From Ophelia neglecta (taxonomy: Eukaryota), in contig OZ260665.1 of NCBI GenBank assembly GCA_965285935.1, positions 31,310,001 through 31,374,000 on the forward strand: 64,000 bases of DNA, in the 5' to 3' direction. The translations under genes and the position numbers were made by a program. The notes under the pieces were generated by a model, which was given only the letters and a program-made list of their open reading frames with translations, did no database searches and was not told where the DNA came from. Below are positions 1 to 12,900 of the stretch, in pieces. How positions within the stretch are numbered: position 1 is the first letter of the stretch; each line of letters begins with the position of its first letter.

Positions 1-156
1 GCTGTGATAGCTGAGAAGCAGCAAACAAAGTGTCCATTGTGCCCATGATCTCTAATAACTGCTTCATATAACTAACTTCCTGATCAACGGTGTGTTTAAG
101 TTTCACAAAAAGTTCATCAGTTATTGAAGACTGTCCAATTTCATCCTTATAGAGAT
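1..156 (-). CDS. UTP15: UTP15 exon 13, partial (DLYKDEIGQSSITDELFVKLKHTVDQEVSYMKQLLEIMGTMDTLFAASQLSQ...)
   Basis: Acceptor atttcag; open frame to the window edge; IGQS and LLE..G.MD.LFA motifs. Confidence 0.93.
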
Positions 157-298
157 CTGAAATGCAGAAAATTAAACAAATAGTAAATGCTGCTGGCCAG
201 ATCTATATTCTAACTTTAATGGTGCCTGGAAGTTTTTACAAGAAGTAATGTAAGTTTTTAGAAAAAAAAACTGTCTGTGACGACTGATGTATACTGAC

Positions 299-357
299 CT
301 AGAATCATGTTGGTGACATCGAGTAGTGTACAAGTGAACTTCGGATTACTGATGTTT
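299..357 (-). CDS. UTP15: UTP15 exon 12 (NISNPKFTCTLLDVTNMIL)
   Basis: Acceptor ctttcag, donor G|gtcagt, 59 nt, phase 2/1. Confidence 0.92.
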
Positions 358-498
358 CTGAAAGAAAGGGGTAAATTTACACTACATCCTTTGGTACTAG
401 ATGTAATATCAAAATTAATATTGATTAAATTGTTAACGCAATTAGAAAATGTGTGTATTTTCAATCAAACATTGAGCATAAAACAGATATGAGCTTAC

Positions 499-632
499 TT
501 TTGCAGGAATTTGAGAATGATTGATAATGACTTCTCATCGCGCCCGGCCAGGGCAGATTTGATGCTCCCCCGTCTTATCAACTCCTGTATGACACTGACC
601 GTCACCTCAGGCTGCCTCATCCTCACGTGTAT
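499..632 (-). CDS. UTP15: UTP15 exon 11 (IHVRMRQPEVTVSVIQELIRRGSIKSALAGRDEKSLSIILKFLQ)
   Basis: Acceptor catttag, donor AA|gtaagc; PEVTVS..EL.RRG..ALAGRDEK motif. Confidence 0.95.
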
Positions 633-853
633 CTAAATGTAACAGGACATTGTACCAGTCTGACAATACACTTAATGGGAAATGAATCACACCTATCTAA
701 ATATACTGTAACCTAGTATCTTAACATACAGACTGCTCGGTGATATGAATATTAATGTCTAGCCACAGTGTCTACTCTTTACATTGTACTTTTATTGTGA
801 AGGTATCTATCTCACAGCACTGTTGATTGAGAAATGAGAGATGCCACACTCAC

Positions 854-955
854 ACTGAGAGCTGCGTCCAGCGCCTTGGTGTGTTCAAATCTCTTAAAGT
901 ACCGGTCATATTTAGACAGCTGTTGTTTTCTCTGGTGCTTTACTATGTGATCCTC
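854..955 (-). CDS. UTP15: UTP15 exon 10 (EDHIVKHQRKQQLSKYDRYFKRFEHTKALDAALS)
   Basis: Acceptor attttag, donor AGT|gtgagt; LxxYDR..F...KALD motif of UTP15_C. Confidence 0.94.
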
Positions 956-1105
956 CTAAAATAAAAGTGTGTCATTACTTAAACATTAAAACTGACACTA
1001 TATCTGCTCTTTACAACAACAAGCAAGCTCTGTAGGCAACAGGTCATATAATTATTTGGTTTGCTAGTTTGCCAATAAGAAATGTAATGTTATTTATCAA
1101 TTTAC

Positions 1106-1267
1106 CTCATCTGGCGAATAGGTTTTGCTAGGGAGAGAAAATTTGTATGAGGATTTTTTTCTTTTCTTTGCAGCCAGTTTCTCTGCTTCTTCCTCCTCGC
1201 TGGTCTTTCTTCTCTGGGTTGACAACAAGCCGTCAGCCATCCCTACGGCTATCACACTGTCATCGGG
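1106..1267 (-). CDS. UTP15: UTP15 exon 9 (PDDSVIAVGMADGLLSTQRRKTSEEEEAEKLAAKKRKKSSYKFSLPSKTYSPDE)
   Basis: Acceptor gtttgcag, donor GAG|gtaaat; end of the last WD repeat (VGMADGLLS) followed by a basic NLS-like KKRKK linker. Confidence 0.94.
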
Positions 1268-1533
1268 CTGCAAACAACATCAGAGGTTACAAAACAGGAT
1301 ACTGCCTAGAGCAGGCGCTAACAAACAACACCCAAATATGTCCAAGATATTATCTTGTGCACCAGCAATAAATTGTAGTCATTCTTAATATTTAATAAAT
1401 ATTTATGTACCATTTACTTAAAACTGATTGCTTCAAATAATTAATATATGAATGCAATAGTAGTTTTCGTATTCAATCTTAAGAGACAATATTATGTGTG
1501 CATACATGTAGATCTATATATTCAACAACTTAC

Positions 1534-1618
1534 AGAAACTCCTAAGCTAAGAATGGCCGAAGGATAGTCCAAAGAATGTACTACTTGGTACGTGCTAACA
1601 TCATAGATTTTCACATGT
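1534..1618 (-). CDS. UTP15: UTP15 exon 8 (HVKIYDVSTYQVVHSLDYPSAILSLGVS)
   Basis: Acceptor ctctcttcag, donor TCT|gtaagt, 85 nt, phase 2/0. Confidence 0.95.
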
Positions 1619-2012
1619 CTGAAGAGAGAGGAATCTCATATGGAAAACTTGAAATAATTTGTGTTCAGCTCCTTCCAAAGATGGCAGCACTGGATGTGAT
1701 ACTAGCCACACTTGACTAAGTAGAGGAGTAGTGAAGGAGCTTTTTTTCGGCATTGATCAAAGAATGTAACCATCATCAGACATTTTACATTTTATCAAGA
1801 TTAATTAAGTTGTCATATGAATTAATAATACAAGTTAAACCATTCACAATGAATGTTGTACTTAGGGTGACTTATTATGGAAACAAAACTAATATTAATT
1901 TCTCAACTTTCTACTTTCATACTTATGGCTGTTTTACACAATATTTCTTTTTAATCTTTTGAGGTTGTCATATTGACTACAGTTATCTATGAACAGAGTT
2001 TTAGTCTCTGAC

Positions 2013-2148
2013 CTGTCCAGGGAGCCTGAGAGCAGACGTTTGTAGTCACAACAGAAGCACATACAAGTGACGGTCTTGTGGTGGTTGCTGACACTAGCTA
2101 ACAACTTGCCTCCAACCAATGCATCCCATACCTTGATTGTGCTGCCAC
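2013..2148 (-). CDS. UTP15: UTP15 exon 7 ([46 protein letters not shown])
   Basis: Acceptor tttatttggtag, donor AG|gtcaga; NHHKTVTC and RLLSGSLD motifs; within ORF 1934..2155. Confidence 0.96.
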
Positions 2149-2295
2149 CTACCAAATAAAGCGTGTATTGTGATAACTGGTTTCATATGAATATCTGATC
2201 AAATTATTTTAAACATAAATAATAGACTATTAAAACCAAATTTCTTAATATTTTTTGTATTGCATACATTAAGTATAATGCATAGTATAATATAT

Positions 2296-2326
2296 ACACT
2301 AAGTATATATATATTATACTTAGTGT
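2296..2326. repeat. AT-rich palindrome, 12-bp arms with a 7-nt loop
   Basis: ACACTAAGTATA / TATACTTAGTGT. Confidence 0.8.
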
Positions 2327-3827
2327 GAAATCCTTCTTAGACATTGTATCAGCATTTAAGGAAATAAAGTAGAATCTTCAGCCATTCAGATGTTAAAATT
2401 AAGGAAGCTGGTGGGTCAGCCTATTAGTTTAAGGGCCAAACCTTTCAGCAGTGCAGAATCACACCAGACTTGACAAAAGTATTCATGGAAGATACAGATA
2501 ACAAAAATACTTTTTTTAAGGCTTGCACATGGGTCATTTCAGAGATCATGACCCCAAAAAAAGGGTATGATTAAATCAATCCACACCAAAATTTCTTGAT
2601 AAAGAAAACAGAACATTAAGAAAATGGCAAAGTCTACCCCGGTATACATTACGTACATTGGTTGTTAAATGAATGGCACAAAAAAATATAAGACTTGGGC
2701 TACAACAATATTTTCAACAAGGTCTTGAAAAAATCTCCAGAGTCATCAGTCAGAAAGAGGTGTGCAAAACTTCATTTCATTCCTCCTAAACACGCTCCCC
2801 ATTTTCAATGGAAGTTGGTCATAAAATATTGAATATAAGCCGGGTAGAAGAATTACGTTTGTGTATAATGATACTTGTTAAGCCGGGCATCCTTCAGCTG
2901 ACGGTGGGGGCCGAGTTCTGTGGCGAGGCTGAGCAGGGGTTGTTTTATCTGGCCTTGCTGGCCATAACTTGCGACAATGTCTTGACCATTTCTGACTGGT
3001 GGAATAGGGATCAGCCTGTGATAGATGACCCTCCCCATTATCTCATATCAAACCAAGCCAATTTGTCCAAGACAAAGGGAGCAGAGCAAACATTCATCAA
3101 AATACTACATGCGCTCAATGATGGCCTCCCACACCTGGGTCAGAAATCTTCCAAAATTGACAATTCTCCAAATCGGAAAGTGCAGTGTAATCTGAGAGAA
3201 TTTACTTTGTAGTGTCAAGGTGTATGATATAATGGACACCTCTGATCATTGAACTAAACTCGCTGCCCATGATAATTTGTCAGCCCTGTGATTAATAGCC
3301 AGACCAAGCACCCAAAGAGCAATTTTTCATATCATAGATTCACCTTGTGCGGATTGTTCAGCCAATCCGTTTTAAAGCCCCGCGAATCGTTTAAAGCTCT
3401 CGGATTGACTGGTAGGCTTACCATACGAAGGATGATGATGCTATATGCAGGCATCCACTAAGCCTTCTTGAAGTGATTGAATGCATTCTGTCTGTAAAAG
3501 TTCATTAAATCATGCACATGGATAGCATATCCCTACAGTCTGGGCTCCAAGTAGCAGCTTTATAGAATGTTAAAATTGGAAGTCTGGCATGCTACAATTT
3601 CACAATGAACCTCAGTATATATATCATAGGGATATATATTTCACAGTTTCTACCTATAATGTTCCTGGATTAATTTCTTGTCTAATTTCCAACAAATCTT
3701 GAATTCCTGTCTGCTAAATTTGCACAAAGTTTGACAAAGATTTTTGTAATTTATGATAAGTGAAATGGGATGAAATACAGCTGTTTTATCATTGTCAATG
3801 ACAAGTCATATTAAAGGATGAAAAGAA

Positions 3828-3888
3828 GACCTTGACATGACCTTGACAGAGGACCTTGACAGAGGACCTTGACAGGACCTTGACAGAG
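3828..3888. repeat. Tandem array, 5 x GACCTTGACA(GA)G (11-13 bp units)
   Basis: Units start at 3828, 3839, 3852, 3865 and 3876. Confidence 0.9.
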
Positions 3889-6800
3889 TTCTTTGTTTCT
3901 TCATCAAAATCTGATATTTCTACAATATGGCACACTTATTTACTCCAAGTATCTGTATGACATACTAACATCACAACTGTGTGATGACACAACCAACTGT
4001 GTCAAGGGGCTCTTTCCATACCCTAAATACCATTGTGAGTGCCTAACAGTCATGGTTTCCTTCTGCATCATGCGACCAGTCTGAAACAGACTGCACACAT
4101 TTCAAAAAGTTACTGTCATTAACAAGTAAAGCAAATACATGCCTGCTTTCTATGATCATCGAAGGCAGACGTTTAAAGTTCAATTGCATTTACACAGAAG
4201 TCAAATTTGAAATGGAGTGACCACCTTCCATACTTTTAAGCACCTAGTAGTACATGCACAAAAATAAACAGTTCAACCACAGTCTTAGATGCTTTATCCA
4301 TGAAAGTTCACCAAAACTTCATCCAAAAATTTACCATTCTCCTGTTTGGTCAACTAAACTAGTCTGTGAAAAACGGTTTTGACCATTACATTAAACAAAT
4401 TCCCAGGCATAAAGCACTTTCCTGGGGAAATGGTTTCTATAGGCCTTGCTGTAATCTGTTATGGCCATTTCAAATGGCAGAAGTACTGACATAGTAGGAC
4501 AGAGTCCATTCTGAAGCACCTCAGTTTTATATTAGAAGGTGACATGCAACAAAGTGGACATGTATTGAAACCATATAGAAGGTCAAACGGTGAATAGGAC
4601 AGCAGGAGGCCTCAGCATCTCAAACTTGTTACATATATCAAAAAAGGGAGTGAATACTCAGCAGAAAAAGCAAAATCGTTAATGGTAAAAAAATAATAAT
4701 AATTTTAAATTGATAGCACTTGCACTGAGAAGTAGTTAACGTTAACAGTTCATATGATGTGAGTCAGGGGGAGCACCAAACAAACAAGTCAACACAGGAC
4801 AGAGATGAAATACGCTCTAGGACAATTACTTAGATGAATGAGTCTCTAAAAACACTAAATATATGGAGCACATACATAATAGACTAAGCATGATTTCTCT
4901 CGTGAAACAGTATACATCAGTGCAATACCCATAACCCCTTAATTTTGTTTCAAAGGAGCTTTGTTGAAGCTAAAAATGGTTCTCATACAATTAAAAAGTG
5001 GCCTTGCTTGAGAGATTTGAAGCAGGGTGCCACGAGAGGGCAGGATCAGAAGTCTGCATCCATGTTGTTTACATGTGTAGGAGACGAGTCTAGTCCCAAT
5101 TGGGCCTGTTTACCTCTATTTCCTCCTGGATGAAACACAACTAGAGAGAGATGTATATACACTATACTTAACCTAAGTGAACTGACATAGTATAGACATT
5201 TTCTGATGTTTTTGCCCTTTTGTTTTCCTCCTCTGAGACAGAAGCCACTGTTTTAATGAAGTTTGCTCTAATGAGCCACTCAGATGCTCCTGTGCCCCAA
5301 CACCGACTACCTCCAGTTTGTTCAAAACAAACCACCAGACATCATCAGCCTAATAAATTAGTACCTTCCACATAATCTCTGCCATTATGGTAGATCCTTA
5401 AACAAGTTATATATATTCCACCAGCCCACAGTAGATTCGTTAAGTTTAAGCCCTTAATAAATTGTACTCATGCAGCCATGTTTAACTTCTTCTCCAAGGT
5501 TCCCTTTCAGAATCACGGAGGATGTTACGCCGTTGGATAGATGGCATTGGCTTGACATATGCAGGTCATCCATTGATACTCGCACTAAATCTATAATAAT
5601 TAACACAAAATCTGTATGCATCTAAATGTGATGGCTTGGGGCCATATAGAGTTATGAAGATAACTAGACCATCTTCAAAGCCTTATCATCGCATTGTTAA
5701 TCTGAATTCATTATGCTCTGTATACATGCTCAATTGAAGCTTACTGAAGTACTCTAAGTGCTCAACCAGCAGCAGCCAAGGCAAATTATAAATTATTTGC
5801 AGCTTGTGGTGTTGAAAACTCATGAAGGTTCTAGAATGTATTATGTTTTTAGAACCTTTTTGTCATGATATAAATAAACTTTATACATCCCTGCTCATTT
5901 AAAAGGTTACTTTATCCAATTTACATGCACCCTTCACAATAAAGCCATCATAATGACCAATTAAACACAGTCAGGTTGCCCTATTGTGAACTGTGTACCC
6001 GCTTAGAGAATCAAGGTGAGTCAATGACTAATCAGAAAACTTAGCCAGCGCCAGTTTACCGGCGATCCCAGCGGAAAGTCAACAATATATGACATAGATT
6101 TATAGTGATACACATATCAATGCCGGCCCAAAATGGGGAATGCGCCCAGCCCCACGAGATTTATTGGCTGCTGCTAACACCTGCCGACACATAGTTTGTC
6201 ATCAAGCTTCCTGTGTCGCTGACACTGAAGACATCTAGTGGGCTAATCTCACATCATCAAATTTATCATTTATAATAATGTACGGCAAGCGTCCCTACTT
6301 CTGATGGCTGCATTGATTCTTGGCGAGCGGAGGAAGTGAGCTGACGGCCATTTCAGATCAAAGGAGAAGAATCGTAATGGCAGGGGGTTACCCTTGTGGG
6401 TTTTGCATCTAACCTCAATATATCATTAATATCACCATCAATTGTATTGTCTGACGTTCATGAGTCCAGCTAAACTCTATGTCCTCAGTTATGGTTCTCT
6501 AATGCCTTTATATGCAACCAAACAAAGTCAGCATAGACATAAGGGTTGTGTGCGAGAAACACAGATAAAGACGGTCATTCACACAGCCAATAACTTGGCA
6601 ATTTCTTGTTGTTTTAGTCTAGAAATGTTTGTCTGACAGATTTTAAGGGTGTATAGTGTAGGTTTTATTAATAGAATGTCTAATAATGTATTTTATTTGA
6701 AAAAGAAACTGAAAAATTTAGATGTTATGTATGTAAATATGATATATGAAAGTTTCACACATTTCCTGGCCCCAGCCCATAGGGAAGCTCCCCGAGTCAG

Positions 6801-8193
6801 TGCTCACAACTTTTTTGCATGTTATGGGCAGGTAGCCGAGAAATGAAAGCCACACAGTCAGCAGTGTTTAATACTGAGACCCTGCAGTATCACCTAAAAG
6901 TCAGGAGAGGTGTACAAAAAAACTGATAATCTACGCATCAAAATATACCATAATCTACGATAGGTGGTATATCAGCATCAACTTCATCAAAATATCATCT
7001 GGAGAAGGTATATCAAGATTGTACAGCATACCACTGGTGTATATTTACCTCCCCCTAGGATACTGAAGAAGTGAGAGAAAAACCTGTGCATTAAACGCAT
7101 CATCTGCAGATATCTTGCAGGGAGGGACGAGGGGGCAAAACTTCTTTAATGAGCCTCATACCAGCTTCATATATTCGCAAATGTTGGGGAGTATTATTTA
7201 ATCACTCCCCACCGCCATTGCTGGCTGGTGTCGGCTGTTGAATGCCTAGTTGCGGGTTGTGATATGACATCTGGGGTTAGACAGACACAGCCAGGGCAGA
7301 GGTGGGTGAGAGGCTCCTGGAGCTGGGCATACATTACCTCACACCTCTCCTCAGACTACCTGGCAAGGGGCTGATCATCAGCTAGATCTAGGCAGATATG
7401 ACATGGAATTAAGTGCCCCAGTTGAGTGACAATACCTCAAGTTAAGATTATTAATGTTGGTATTTATCTAGTCTGAATGCCAGTATGAGCCCATTATATA
7501 TCACTACGGACACATCCAGCGTGCTGAGCATCATGCGCTGTAGGCCCATTCACAAATTTACTAAAACCTGCATCAAGGAGCTGATTTTTCAGCCTTTAAA
7601 AATGCTTGATACAAGACATGGTGATTATTCAACAAAATTTAAATATATATGAATCTTTGCTGATCCTAGTCTTAATGGGCAACTCAGTATCTTCTGTTAC
7701 CGGCTCTTTGTGCATTATCCAGGGCATAGCCAAGAAAAAAGAAAATTGTATAGTTCAGGTCAATTTAGAGCATACTACTAGAAGGGAAGGACAAGCCTTT
7801 CACACAGTTAAGGAATTAATTACCCCCAAACTATGAATGATTCTGCTTTGACCTTGAATATGGCCTTGATGCTTCCCTATTTGAAACACAGCCTATGGTT
7901 TTCTTAGTTTTGGAAGCAAAGTTTAGCACTGACTGCTGAAATGTAACCAGAATAAATAAGTCCACTGATCAGACCATGAATCTGAAAGTCACTGTCAAAT
8001 GTTACCCAAGATATTTGGTTCACTATTTCCTCGTTCACACTTTATCTTACGGCTACAAAAGCTATTGCAGCAATATGCAGTTTAATAAATTGACAGTATA
8101 CATTATCAGATGGACAGCACATCCCCCCCCCCCCTTTTATTGTATGCTCTTGTGCCTTTAAGAAACTCCTGGGCAATAAATTTAAGGAAAATA

Positions 8194-8446
8194 AACATTT
8201 CAGTGATGTGATCTTGTAAATGTAGTTCATGGAAGAGATGTACAAACCCATCTCTACATGTATGGGTATATATACATCTCTGGCCATGGTGACATTGTAA
8301 ATCTCGGTCATGATAATGAGGTGACATTGAGGTCCTGGTATATTTTTTACTGACCTGGATCAAACTTGATTGGCCACAAACTGAGGGAGATACCGTATAT
8401 CTGATTATATCTACTTACATTTCCCAAGTCACATCACTGAAATGTT
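8194..8446. repeat. Inverted repeat with 18-bp perfect arms about 250 bp apart
   Basis: AACATTTCAGTGATGTGA (8194-8211) / TCACATCACTGAAATGTT (8429-8446), extending imperfectly inward. Confidence 0.8.
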
Positions 8447-9567
8447 CACTGTCTGTTAATTAGGTGTCCAGGAGGGAGAAATGAAAGATAATCTCAGAAA
8501 GTTGCCACAATGTTTTAGGAGACTACCAGGTTATATTGTACATAGGATCATATGACCATTCACTTTCTATACAAAGATAGCTATGTTAACCAATTAAATG
8601 GCAAACAAAATAAATAGTTTACAGTCCATGCATGTCTCATCAAGGACAATTAAATAGTAGAATATAAACCAGTCACACACCAACAGACAATTCTTATTAT
8701 CATTGCTCTGAACAAATAACAAGTAAACAGGTTTATTCACCAGAAATTCACTTTTAAAAGTCATTTCTTGTTAGCATGATTTCATTTAGAATGTAAAGCA
8801 AATACTTTTTATGCTTCACCTTATCTTGCGTCCACGCCTCGTCTGGAACATGTCAATGCCCTTTATCTAGGATTGTATATTTTTACTTCAGATTATTTTT
8901 CTTCATGACTACTTGAAAGGGGTGTTAAAGTTGTTTCCCTGTGATTCAATGCTCTTCGGATTCCCCGATCCCTACTAAGGAATCACCTAACATCAGAACC
9001 GCCTTTTGCCGAGAAGCGGCATGACAATTTAACACGATTAATGATACCGGGGGTCAACCTGGCAAATACATCTTGCTAATAGCATTATACTGGTGAATTA
9101 TTAAATTGAAGGGGGTGTGGGGCTCGGGGCTGTAAATACGGTCCAAGTGACAGGCTATGACAATTCAATGCAGATCCCATCGGAGTGGTTAGGCCAAAGG
9201 TGTGGCCATGCTGACATTTGTATCTTGCTGGCGGGATAAATCAGCTTTAATCTCCTGCAGATGGCAGGTAATCCCAGCATCCTAAACAAACATCACAATA
9301 ATGATGTCAGATGAAGGCTTGACAGCCGCATGATGGATTGAAATTATATTAGCTCATCAATGCACACAATACAGATTGGAGTTTTTATCACTGACAGTTA
9401 ACTGGTGGACATTAAGCTAAATTCACCGTCTTGGCTACAATCAAAAGAGTTGTTAGGGATCGTTAAAGGTAAGACTGGAGGGAGAGTGAGTTGCCTTGTC
9501 AGCTCGTTTATGGGAGGTTGTCTACCATAGTGTGTCAAGGTAATGGAGGCTTACTAGTAGTACTTAC

Positions 9568-9693
9568 CGGCCGAGATGAAGACCCCGCCACCGGGATACA
9601 TGAGGACACTCTCGACAGGGGCCTCGTGGTCTACTGTCAGCACACTGCCGGGGCTCCTCACATCAAACAGCTTTACAGTGTGGTCGTAAGACC
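9568..9693 (-). CDS. UTP15: UTP15 exon 6 ([42 protein letters not shown])
   Basis: Acceptor tttgcag, donor G|gtaagt, phase 1/1; GSYDHTVK and PVESVL motifs. Confidence 0.96.
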
Positions 9694-9795
9694 CTGCAAA
9701 GAGCAAAACATACCATAATACATACTACGTTTAATACTCAAAAGATTAAACTAAATCACATTACAGTTATATGTCTTTGGAAACAAAAAAATATA

Positions 9796-9972
9796 CAGTG
9801 AAACCTGCCTTAAAGACCACCTCTATAATCAGACCACCTGCCAATTCAGATCACTGATATGTGGACCATGCTGTATGAATTCAATGTTAAATAACCAGTG
9901 TAAACAGACCACCCTGAAATCAGACAAGTATTTTCCAGTCCCTTTGGAGGTCTTAATTTACATGTTTCACTG
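9796..9972. mobile_element. MITE, Tc1/mariner-pogo type non-autonomous DNA transposon (177 bp)
   Basis: TA|CAGTGAAACCTG ... CATGTTTCACTG|TA. The terminal inverted repeat matches 11/12 and extends imperfectly to about 26 bp (AAGACCACC/GGAGGTCTT). TA target-site duplication; internal AGACCAC subrepeats. Confidence 0.8.
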
Positions 9973-12900
9973 TATATTAATATAATTATAGCAGGATACA
10001 ATGCATGTATCCCAAACTAGACATCTTAAACTTTTATCTCCTTAGTTTAAAGGACAAGCCAGCTATAATCAAATGAGTGCATAACACAGACTATCACGAA
10101 ATCTCTAATGACTGAGGCCCATTACTGGAAACTATTATCAAAATGTTCATTTATTAAATTTTGATATTCAATAATCTTCTCAACAGGCACAATGTAATTA
10201 GAAAGGCTAAGATGGCTACTGGAGCTCCTGGAAGTTGGACAGATTAGCCAAGGAATTTGAAAGAAGATGAGCATAGTATTAGATTAAACTTAATAGGTTT
10301 GCTGGCACAAAGCTGGTATGCCGGGCACAGTTCATTCAAAGAGAGATAAAGAGACACATTATTCTGAATAATGAGGGCTAGAACCAGGAATTGATCTAAT
10401 CAAGCCATCTCTAGTTACCGCCAATATAAGCAGGTCTTCATTTCAATGTGATGTCAAGATCAGAGTACAGCAAATTGCCGGTAACTGATAGCATTGAAAA
10501 CGAACCTAGAAGTAAATGTAGCAACGTCAGGCAAGTCTGAGACATGCTCTCACACTGTCCTGCAGTCATCTGGCCAGGGGTAATGACAACCAACTACCAC
10601 GAGTGGACTCTCCTATCTCAATAACCCTTACACATTTTATTTGGCTTCTACATTTCAAACACCACTCGAACATCTATTATCAAAGTGCTGAATGTTAAAT
10701 ACAAGTTTTTCCTGTTCTAAAATGATAATATATATATGTCAAAGTTCCTCCATTTTAGAATCTGTTCCCTTTATCGCATCGGATAAGTCCACTCCATCAT
10801 TTACACCTGAATGACCAATCATATTTGACAAAAGAATGCAAACTTCCCACTAATCATAAAAAAAATGCACTTTTTACATGATGGCTTCGATATCCCCATC
10901 AAGTTAAGGGCCATCAAGCAACATATCAAGATATGTGGCTTGCTCGAGAAAAAAAATGAAATGATATTTCTTAAATACCGCTTCCAATCTTAGCTGCTGT
11001 CAGCATTTGCATAAGTGATATTAGTAATAAAACTATGATATGTTGTGATAGATTGTGCCAGGAGGTATCAAGATAGAGTTTGGTATTACGGGTTAGGTAG
11101 GGTTATTAATCAACAAGGTATACCGTAGACCAGGCTGGGAGTTCACCGCTACATGTAACAACGCAATACACAGCAAGCTGCACCGACAAGCTCCTGGTAG
11201 CTGATTGGGAGCATTTCTTGGGTTTCATGGCAGAATGTCAGAGATTGTTGATCAGTAATTTGTCTCTATACAACTATACCAATTTGGTATTACCAACTAT
11301 AGGGATTTACACAGCTACCTCTCAAATCTAATTAATACCAAGGAGAAATTCATACTGGTAAATTATGACATGCTGACAGCCACTTTGTTTCTTTAATTTG
11401 TTTGGGCATCAGAACATTCTGAGGTAATGTGATGACAGATTTATGGTCTTCACACTCCAATTTCATTTTTATTTTCCAAAATTGCCATGAATCTTTTTTT
11501 TTTAGATAATTGGTAAACTCTATCTAAATGTCTGATACATTCAGGAAAAATTAAGGCTCTAAAGATTTCTTCATTTTTTTCCTACCTAGCCTTCACAATG
11601 GGGTTAGATTGGCTGGTCAGATAGGCGATGACTGGGCGATGCCAATACTAATTGTGAATTATGCCACCCCATCATAAGGCGAGGCAAAATACCGAGGATA
11701 TTTTCATCAAAGGTCAGCCAAGACATTGTGGGTATCACCGGTATCATCGTCTCACTCTAAATGATATGGCTGCCCCCAGACCTTTATGCTCACCTAATGA
11801 TGGTATTCTGTCAAAATATAAAACAAATTGATCACCCAGACTGGAGGCTGGGCAGCACCATTGATAGAGAAGCCGAGAAACCTATTTACAAAGGATCATG
11901 AAGGAAAGGGCTGAAAGAACCAGAAAGAGGCGGGTTATCTGAAGAAAAACCGTGTTAAATAAAAAATCATTTTACAATATGTATCTGTTCAGATACATGT
12001 AGGCAAAACCTTAGCTTTCATCTTCCATCTGTGTGTAAGAGACACAACAACCACAAAAAAGTGAAGAAATGTGGAGAAACTTCTGGATACTGTTCTAATT
12101 ATCATATCTGTTAGAGGAGCGTTTGAAGGACAGCGTGTTAAAGGCCAACTCCGTCTGCCAAGTCATCTGCCATGAGACTTTATAGTAAATGGATTACAAA
12201 TGATATCAGGCTGATCTGGAACAAATGCTAGATTTGAGGAAAATCAACACACTTAATCCAAACCACATAGGGTAAAAACTGGTGCAATGATGGAGTGGCC
12301 ACATATTTTCTATCTGTCACTATGTTATTAAACCTTCCATAGTGAATACATTACGAATTCTCCGATGCCCTCAACATTGCATCAACACTATAATTATCTG
12401 ATTTCGAAGAATGAACAACAAATTTTAACATCCTGCCCTATATAAAAAGAGAAACCCACTGCCGAAAATAGTGGCAGTAATGAATCCCATCTTTAATCCC
12501 TGTATTTATGTAATCTGCAAGAGAAAAATGAGCTGATATTATAATGAATATTGAAAAATGTGTCCTATTTTTTCCGGTAATTTCTGCATGGTGTTGACAC
12601 AATCTATTAAACTAAAGGTCAACAAATTACAGATGTGATCTTTACTGTATAAACAGGGAATCTGGTAAAAGAAACACCTATCATCCATAAATATTTATAT
12701 CACACTTTATTGAGCGTTGGGGAAATTGGTTGAAATTAGAAACAGATTGACCTGAAATGTAAAATGTCCTGCTGAACACAACATAACATTAATCAATGAC
12801 ACTGGCAGCAAATAATTGGTAGTTTTTATTTTTCCGTGTAGCAATGTCAATGTTCATGGACAGAGTACACTTCATACATGGCGCTGATGTGCCTTATCCA

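Noticed and set aside
1125-1388. Plus-strand ORFs overlapping UTP15 exon 9 (also 9491..9718 over exon 6)
   Set aside because: Antisense shadows of real minus-strand exons.
2808-3212. 134-aa plus-strand ORF in UTP15 intron 6 (nested gene?)
   Set aside because: No motif, and its length is compatible with chance in a locally GC-richer block.
5821-5868. Hairpin AAGGTTCTAGAA / TTTTAGAACCTT (miRNA precursor?)
   Set aside because: The AT-rich stem of about 12 bp is too short for a pre-miRNA, and no known mature miRNA was recognised.
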